The position numbers and the translations under genes are program-made. A stretch of 64,000 nt of DNA from contig OZ024742.1 of NCBI GenBank assembly GCA_964016885.1, positions 158,720,001 to 158,784,000 of the forward strand, written 5' to 3'. The DNA is from Eledone cirrhosa (taxonomy: Eukaryota). Positions 54,915 through 64,000 of this stretch are shown here, piece by piece (within the stretch, counting starts at the first letter, position 1; every line of letters begins with the position of its first letter). Below the pieces are notes generated by a model, which was not told the DNA's origin, did no database searches, and saw nothing but the letters and a program-made list of their open reading frames with translations.

Positions 54915-55057
54915 GTGTATATAGGTGTCTATGTGTGAATATATGTCTTTATTCGTATGTGTGTATTTATATATGTTTATATTTAGGTGTATGTATGTAT
55001 GTGTATGTATGTATGTATGTGTATGTATGTGTATGTATATGTGTATATGTGTGTATA

Positions 55058-55100
<43 letters not shown>

Positions 55101-55313
55101 CTTTATTATTATTGTAATATAACTTATGTGTATATGTGTATAAGTGAGGTTGTGTATGTATATATACTATGTGTATATATAAGAGTAATGAAATATATAT
55201 ATATATATATATATGTGCATGTCTGTATTTTATGTGTGTGTGTGTATATATATATGTGTATGTGTGTATATATGTATGTATATATACATATGTGTGTACG
55301 TGTGTGTATGTTG

Positions 55314-55358
<45 letters not shown>

Positions 55359-55465
55359 TGGATGTTTGTATGTGTTTTTATGGTGGTATGAGTGTGGGAT
55401 ATATATGTTTGTGTATAAATGTATGTATGTGTATGTATATATATATGAGTCTACGTGTGCGTATA

Positions 55466-55514
<49 letters not shown>

Positions 55515-56283
55515 ATGTATGTATGTGTTGCGCGTGTGTGTGTCCGTATTTATATCTTTTTATATGTGTATGTGTATGTTCGTGTAAATGTATGTGTGTG
55601 TATGACAGTATAGGTATGTGTGTATGTATGTATGTATAGATATCTCTATGTGCGCGTACATGTATGTATGTGTATGTATATCTGTATGCGTATGTACATT
55701 ATATTATATGTATTATATTTTATTGTTTTTATTTTTTTATTTTTCATAATTTATAGATACATTTATATTAAGGTTGTCTGGTCTGACAGTCTAATACTGA
55801 CCCCTCCCCCCCCCTCCCACCTAATTTCTGTATCTTGATCTTGAAATGTGTGTACCAGTGTGTTTATGTGAGTGACTTAATTTCTATTTGCTTATGATTT
55901 TATATCCACATATATAAATGTGAGTGGGGGAGTGTGTGTGTTTGTGTGTTCGTGGTTATGTGTATATTTATATATATACGCACATGTATGTGTGATTATA
56001 CTGATATGTGTGAGTATGAAAAAAATATATTTATATGCTTGACTCCATAAGTATCATTGCGTATCTTATCAGCGCATTAAGCTTACAGAGATATTAACCT
56101 TGAAATTTTTTATTTGCATCCATCTTTTTAGTATGCACATACAGATTATACACACATTATTGTAAAATGTGTGTAGGGTTTTACATGTATATACACACAC
56201 CAAACTGCTTTTTAACCCTTTGTGTTTTCATTGGTCAATTTTGAACTGATATTTTGAATTGTTGTTATTATCAATAAATATAC

Positions 56284-56438
56284 TTCATTATTTCTGAAGA
56301 CGGCGTATATATGAGTTAGGTATGTATATTTAATCTTGATAATTTGTATAATTTTGTATAATTTTGTACATAGATCTGTTAAATATGCATACCAATTATA
56401 ACACATATATACCCTAGAAACGATCGTTAAATAGTGAA
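56284..56438 (+). ncRNA. Hammerhead with 116-nt helix II domain (mirror copy at 46719-46873, -)
   Basis: ttcattattt CTGAAGA [..gtatatatg..ggtatgtatatttaa..ttaaatatgcatacc..catatatac..] GAAAC gatc GTT aaatagtgaa; 10-bp helix I. Confidence 0.8.
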
Positions 56439-56626
56439 CTTTTTTTGTTTAATATAAGGAATTGTTTGTTCATTATTTGTTTAATATTTTATCTTGACTC
56501 TGTATACCGTTTATCTTTCACCGAAATTGGATTTTCATTACATCTCTTCTTTCCATGATATCCGGAATACATTGAGTTCTTCATACGGATTGGACACTAC
56601 CGTAAACTCTTGGTAGATTTATCTAC

Positions 56627-57452
<826 letters not shown>

Positions 57453-57631
57453 GGAGAGGGGTTTCGATGAGAGGAACTTAAAAATAAATACGAAATAAAA
57501 TATTAGGGGCTGACCAATATTTCTGTTCGTTTATGTATACATATTCTTATATAGATACACAAGATGCAATATATATATATACACGTGTGTGTGTGTGAGA
57601 GAGAGAGCGTGTTTGTGTGAGTATACATATG

Positions 57632-57668
<37 letters not shown>

Positions 57669-58043
57669 GCACAGACACACACATATATATGCACACACAC
57701 ACATATATATATATATACATACATACTGATGCACACATACATATCTACACATACAATAATTGAGGTCCCCCTCAAACGTGATACATAACGGCTTCTTTTT
57801 TTGTCGCAAGGGCACAAAACGCATTAAAATATTAGAAAACAATAGGAGCTAATACAATACAAATTGATCAGTAAACAGAATTTGACAATGGAGAAAATAC
57901 TAAAACAAACACAAGAACTAGTATACATATAGATATATATATGGGTGGGGGCTGTATTACTATTCTAAATTCATGTCTCCGAGTTATAATATGTATGTAT
58001 GTATATATGTATGTATATGTATGTATGTATATGTATGTATATG

Positions 58044-58125
<82 letters not shown>

Positions 58126-58226
58126 AATATGTATGTATGTATATATGTATGTATGTAAATATGTATGTATGTATGAATATATGACTATGTGTATATAATA
58201 TATATATATATATGACTATGTGTATG

Positions 58227-58266
<40 letters not shown>

Positions 58267-58574
58267 ACTAAATCAGCTACTTTGTCATTTGTTTCTTCTC
58301 TATATTTCTGGGGCTTTTATTTTATTTTCTCATATTTTAGTATTGGCTTTTCCTTGTTTTTGTTCTGTTTTTCCCGTTACATTTATGCCCCTGTGACTAA
58401 TAAAGAAAACATTTCCAATATTATTATTGCTTGTTATTGTTGCTGTTTCGAGTTATTAACGTTGGTTTTTGCTGCTGCTGCTATTGCTGCTGCTGTTGCT
58501 GCTGCTGTTTCTGTTGCTATGTGGTGTTGTGTTATTCTGTTCTGTTTCTTTTTTATCTTTGTTTTTTATTTATT

Positions 58575-58653
<79 letters not shown>

Positions 58654-58660
58654 CAGCAGC

Positions 58661-58695
<35 letters not shown>

Positions 58696-58705
58696 CAGCA
58701 GCAGC

Positions 58706-58739
<34 letters not shown>

Positions 58740-58740
58740 A
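58575..58740 (+). repeat. (TAG)n/(CAG)n microsatellite
   Basis: Direct reading. Confidence 0.95.
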
Positions 58741-59144
58741 TGATGGTGGCGGTAATAATTGTGGTAGGTGAATGTTTTTGTAGTTGTTATGATTGTTTTT
58801 GTTGTGTTACTGCTTTTGTCGCAAGTGTTGTTGTTGTGGTTGTTGTTATGATGGTTGTTTTAGTGGTTGCTCTAGTAGAGATTGTTACTGGTGTTGTTTT
58901 ACTAGAATTATTATTGTTTTACCGCTGATGATGTTATTGTTGCTGTTATTGTTGTTTATTGAGTGCCACACGTCGAACAAATAAAAGACAAACGATAATG
59001 TTATTTCTCTGATCAGCCAATAGCTAAAACTAAAACAATAAATATAAGAAAATAGACTGTCAGTTTAACTCTATATGGTCAGTATAGACGAGGTAGGAAT
59101 TTTGTCTTTTGGGCATTTTGAAATATTACATTCATATCTAGTAG

Positions 59145-60085
59145 ATGGAAAGTGGAAACTTGGCAGAGTCGCTAGAAGATCGGATAGATTGCTTTGCAGT
59201 ATTTGTTCCGGCAAACTACTTTCTGAGTTCAAATTCCACCGACATAAATTTTGTCTTTCATCCTCGGTATTTCCTTTTCATATCTTCTCTATCACTCCTC
59301 AAAAAATTTGCTTGTTTTCTGTGCAGGAGATAGAATAGTCTCCGCTAGGTTTAAAATGTCCATGACGCATGAGACTATGGTGCCCCTACGACCCCATCAG
59401 AAGTTACGAGTCCATACATACATCTACTCTACGGACGCCTGAGTCGTGTGGGTACAAAATGTGTTTTTCAATCGTGACGATCCGAGTTCGAATCCACTTC
59501 ATACTATCTTGGGTAAATATACCTAGAGTCGACCTATGCCTTATGCCTAAAGGGAAATTTTGTGAAAACCCGTCGAAGGGTCTGTACCGATAATTTCAGC
59601 TTTGGCCAGTCTGGGTTTACCTGAAAACTACACTTGTCTGGCGGATACTTAGCCACTTACACTTTAATACAATGAGTAATTTGTTCAGGTATAGCAGTGA
59701 ATTGACAGAATCGTTAAATCATCTGACAAAATGCTTAGCGATATTTGTTCCGGAACTTTGCGTTCTGAATTTAAAACGTGATCAATTTTGCCTTTCATCT
59801 TTTCAAAGGCGATAAAATAAATACCAGCCCAGGGTTTAGCGGAAGTATTAGAACGTTGGACAAATTACTTTGTGTTATTTCTGCAAATAATTCTTTCTAA
59901 ATTAGGCACAAAGCCAACACTTTCGGTGGGAAGGGAAATCGATTATATCGACTTCAGTACTTAACTGGTACTTTAATTTATCAATCCTCGAACGATGAAA
60001 AGCAAAGTTCACCTGGGAAGGATTTCAAATCAATGTGTAAAAACCAGAACAAATACTGCTAAGTATTTCTCCAGCACTGCTCTAA
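59145..60085. mobile_element. Cluster of old tRNA-derived SINE copies (both strands)
   Basis: Heads near 59150, 59440, 59692 and 59832 (+), and a copy at 59885-60085 (-). Confidence 0.65.
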
Positions 60086-60569
60086 TTATGTCCTATTTAA
60101 AATAAGATGTGATTTGAACGTAATTTGGCGGCTATTTTTACCAATTTCAACGGCCATTTAGAGACACCTTCGCTGGGTTGACAATGTTTATTGTTACCAA
60201 ATTGTATCAGATCATGCGGTATATTTCTTTTTCGTACCTCTCATCATATTGTAGTTTTGGTGGTCTTATTTGCGCCAGTCACCAATCTGGTACTTTGTCA
60301 GGCGGCCTTTACCCACCTAGTCATAGCTACATCACTGGGTTGTGAGAATTTTCTTCGGAGCTACAGTTGTCACCCATTGCTCTAACACCCCTAATAGTTT
60401 GCCAGTGTTGCTGAATCGTCCGACAGTTGCCCGCTTATATCGTAACTATCCATCATATCTGGTGGTGGTATCTCTATCTACCTGTGACCCGTTCTCTGGC
60501 AGAACAGCTCTGCCGAGAAACTTGTTTCTGCTTCATATACATCTCCTGCTATGAAATTATCTAATTTAT

Positions 60570-62210
60570 TAAATATACTCCTCAGTTTCTACTACATCGG
60601 ATCTTGCTTCTTTTCCTGTTCTTCAGCTATCATGCGGTATATTTTAAGCTATTATAAAGTCAATTTTAAACGATTAAACCTCCTATTAATAGCTTCAAAG
60701 TTTTCCATGTATTTCTTTCCTATTCGTTACTTCAAAGTTTCGAAAATATTTTGAGTCTGAACTTGAATTTTTATTACGCGCGTGCGTACACGTTTGTTGT
60801 ATCAATTCTCCCACGAAGAGCATCAGTAATTTTGATATTTCAAGAAACGTTTCTTGCCTTTTGTTTGTTAACGTTTTACTGCGTCCAAAAGTTTTACCTT
60901 GTCCTTTATAAATGTGGAGATCTCACATGCGCGAGTACTTTATTTTTCCCCTATTTCATGTTAGCTAATCATATTTTTTTTCGCTTCCAAAATAAGTGAC
61001 TTCACCTTCTCCTTGCTTCGAGTATAGTTAGATGAAAAAGATGCCTTTTGCTCGACTTCTTCGGTAGTAGTAAAACTTTAGAAGCTAAACTTGCGATATG
61101 TTTGTTGAAGTATAAATGATGCCGAGAGAACACGTGTTGGTGATGCTATTTAGAAATACGGATGAGTGTGAAAGTAGAAATATTTCACCGTCACACCATA
61201 ATTTTATGATCTAATCAGCGAAGCTATCTCACTTATTTTTTTAATGTCCCATTAGGACGCGTGTTGACATCTTAATATACAAAATGCTTTCAATATGTTA
61301 AACATCTTCAATTTCGTTCCATAGTTAAGCAGGCTAAAAGTGTAACGCTGAAACACATATGGTGACATGCAGCATAGTTTGACAGGGAAGCTTGAATTTA
61401 TCCCATTAACAATAAAGTCTAATGGATAAAGAATTAACTCATTGTTGCCGCCCACTCAGCTCAGTAGGTTAGATAATTTACGGCATACCTTATGAGGGTA
61501 TCTGAGAGTCGTGGTTTAAAATCTCTCTGCGGACTAATGGTATTTTTTTCTTTAGATCTATGACAGACTCTCTCTCATTTATAGTCTATGTTTCTCTTAT
61601 GTTTATTTCTGCTAAATATCTTTCCCCTCTAAATATCCATGGTTACAATAAACTCCTCGGCTGCTACTACATCGGTACTTGCTACTTTTTTCTATTGCAG
61701 TTTACTTTTTAAGCGATTAAACCATCCATTAGTAGCTTCAACATTTTCCTTATATTCCTCTCCTATTTGTTATTTCAAAGTTTCAAAATTATTTCCAGCC
61801 CTAACTTGAATTGTTACTAGGTGTCAGTACACTTTTTTTAAACAGTCTTCCTTCAAGACCATTGATAATTTCAGCATTTCATGGGTGTATTCTTGTAGGA
61901 TTTTTGTTATCATCATTCACTGTCCGATGGTCGAACTTTCACTTTGTATAAAACATTTTCTACATCCTTAATAATAGTAGAAAGGTTGAATGAGGCAACT
62001 GCAAATCCCGTGTGGTAACTTCATTTACTTGTTTTCTTTCTTCGTGTTGGCTAATTACATTTATTTTAACTTCCAAATTAAGTGACTTCCTTTGTTACAC
62101 CCTGTTGTATTGGTAGGTGGAAATATCTTCCATTTCCATTACATCTTCAGTAATTAAGTGAAATAGCTACAATGGTTTTCTGAAGTATATATGATGCCGG
62201 GAGAACCCGT
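60570..62210 (+). repeat. Two old diverged ~570-bp direct repeats separated by a tRNA-like insert (61452-61650)
   Basis: actcctc..ctactacatcgg..aacgattaaacc..caaagtttc..atgatgccg occurs at both 60570-61130 and 61650-62205. Confidence 0.6.
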
Positions 62211-62342
62211 AGGATACGTATGAGGGTGGACATATAAATATATATTTAACAACTCAAGCTTAACAGTTGTTAAGAAGCTTAACGGATTCTCAAAAGCATT
62301 CAATCAGTAGCAATCCTGTTTTGTTTTATTTCAGAAATAATA

Positions 62343-63140
62343 GTTGTTTCTACTTTTGGTACAAGGCCAGCAATTACTCAATACATTACTGGTACTTTTA
62401 TTTATCGACCCTGTAAGGATGAAAGGCAAAGTTAACCTCGACGGGATTTGAACTCAGACTGTAAAGGGACGTAACTATGCTGGAAACTATACACTCACTA
62501 CTAATGCCGTTTAGAATATCATAAATGACTGCTTTACTCTTTTTTTTCACCTCCAGATGCATGGTCTTAACGCCTAATCAAAACGAAATCAATATTATCA
62601 GAGTGGTGTAATGGTTCATAAAATTGGTAAAGCATCGGATAATATGCCATTGCAGTATTTTTTCCGTCTCTACATTCTGAGTTTAAATCCACCAATGTCA
62701 ACATTGACTTCCCTCTTCCGGGGTCAATAAAATAAAGTACCTGCCAATTATTGCTATTGATTTGTCTTGCCCTTTCCCTAAATTTGTTGGTCTTATGCCT
62801 AGTTTATAAATCAATATTATTAGGGTGATGTGATCAGAGTAGTGTTGATCACTGTGGAGAATGCTGAATGTATGGGTTAAGTTTCAGTTGAAAATCTTGA
62901 TCCGTATTATAACTCGATTAAACCAACTTCACTTAGTAAGTGTATGAGTATTGCAAATTCCTAAATATCCCAACAGGTTGAAAACAGAATATTTGTATCG
63001 CAGGCATTTATGTGTAGTTAAGGAGATCACTCGAGAACATCGTGGTTTAAGATTCCTTCCCGCTGCATGATACTTTAGGCAAGTACTATGTACTGTATCC
63101 TTTTAAGTGAAATTTGTTAGACGGATACAATAGGAAAGCC
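62343..63140. mobile_element. Further SINE copies (62343-62488 -, 62602-62820 +, 63000-63140 +)
   Basis: Shared core ggatgaaaggcaaagttaacctcg and A/B-box-like heads. Confidence 0.65.
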
Positions 63141-63399
63141 TGTTACCTTTTATTTTGAGGGTAATTTATTACCTCGCCTAGTTTAAAACCGCGCTTTGTT
63201 TTCTTTTGGGTACGATATATTGCAAGACTTCAGAGCAGGTCGCGTTTCCTTCTGCCAACCTCAGTCTTGAGAAAGGCTATGAGTTGCTATTCCCCCTATA
63301 ACTATGCCATGCAAACATAAACTAATAAATAAATACATGCATACATACACCCACGCACATGCTTACAAACACACACTCACACACAGACACACACACATA

Positions 63400-63485
<86 letters not shown>

Positions 63486-63495
63486 AACTAGTAGG

Positions 63496-63591
63496 ACCCC
63501 GACGGCTGAGCTCAAGCCGTTTCGACGGCTAATTCTGGACTAAATGAAAATTTTTATCCAGGTATATGAAAGGCCGAGCTTTTCAGGGGGT
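63496..63591 (-). ncRNA. Hammerhead ribozyme motif (G8A), GUC triplet
   Basis: acccc CTGAAAA gctcggc..ctgga..tccag..gccgtc GAAAC ggcttgagctcagcc GTC ggggt. Confidence 0.7.
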
Positions 63592-64000
63592 AATTCCATA
63601 TATGGTAAAAGTGATTGTCACAAGGATTGGTCAAAAGTTTGTAGTTGAGACACATAATTATATCATGGCAATTTGTGGAAGGAAGGGGTAAGTGAACCTG
63701 CCAGTAGAAGAAAGAGGGCGAGTGGCTGGAGGAAACCCAGTCGTGTGTTGATAGTGCCAACTACAGCAGGGCAGGAGGTCAAGCAAGTATACTAGGGAGG
63801 GGTAGGGGGGTTGAAACAATAAGTAAATCAATATGGATTAAATATATAGAAGAATAGCAAGAATGTGAAAAATATAAAAGAACAATTGGTGAATATTCCC
63901 TACCCACAGTCATCAAGTCTCTCACTGGTACTGCTAAACTATAGAAAAGTTTACTAGGTGGGACGGAATTGTAGTGAAACCATTTTAAGAGTTAGTAGTA

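Noticed and set aside
58431-58928. Poly-Ser/poly-Val protein
   Set aside because: (TAG)n and GTT-rich simple repeats

Overview
AT-rich, microsatellite-dense eukaryotic DNA made almost entirely of mobile elements; no host exon could be identified. The tRNA-headed SINEs resemble octopus SINEs, so an octopod cephalopod origin is inferred. Most ORFs in the track are microsatellite translations. Real coding remnants are two Penelope-like elements (PLEs) with C-terminal GIY-YIG, a PLE RT fragment, a full-length RTE LINE, an RTE-X LINE apparently split by a ~9.9-kb inversion, an R4/Dong-like LINE in (CATA)n, a tandem array of four Tx1-clade LINEs in (GATA)n, and Merlin and mariner relics. The main hidden signal is RNA structure. 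By eye I find about 18 well-formed and about 10 degenerate or half type I hammerhead ribozyme (HHR) motifs from many unrelated families. Most have a palindromic helix III and several have core variants (U3-A8, A4) or very long helix II. Many sit in (TA)n-flanked fold-back elements that share one layout (tail + arm + inverted arm), with arms from 55 bp to ~4.7 kb. A candidate HDV-like ribozyme caps the RTE element. All folds are manual and ribozyme activity is untested.
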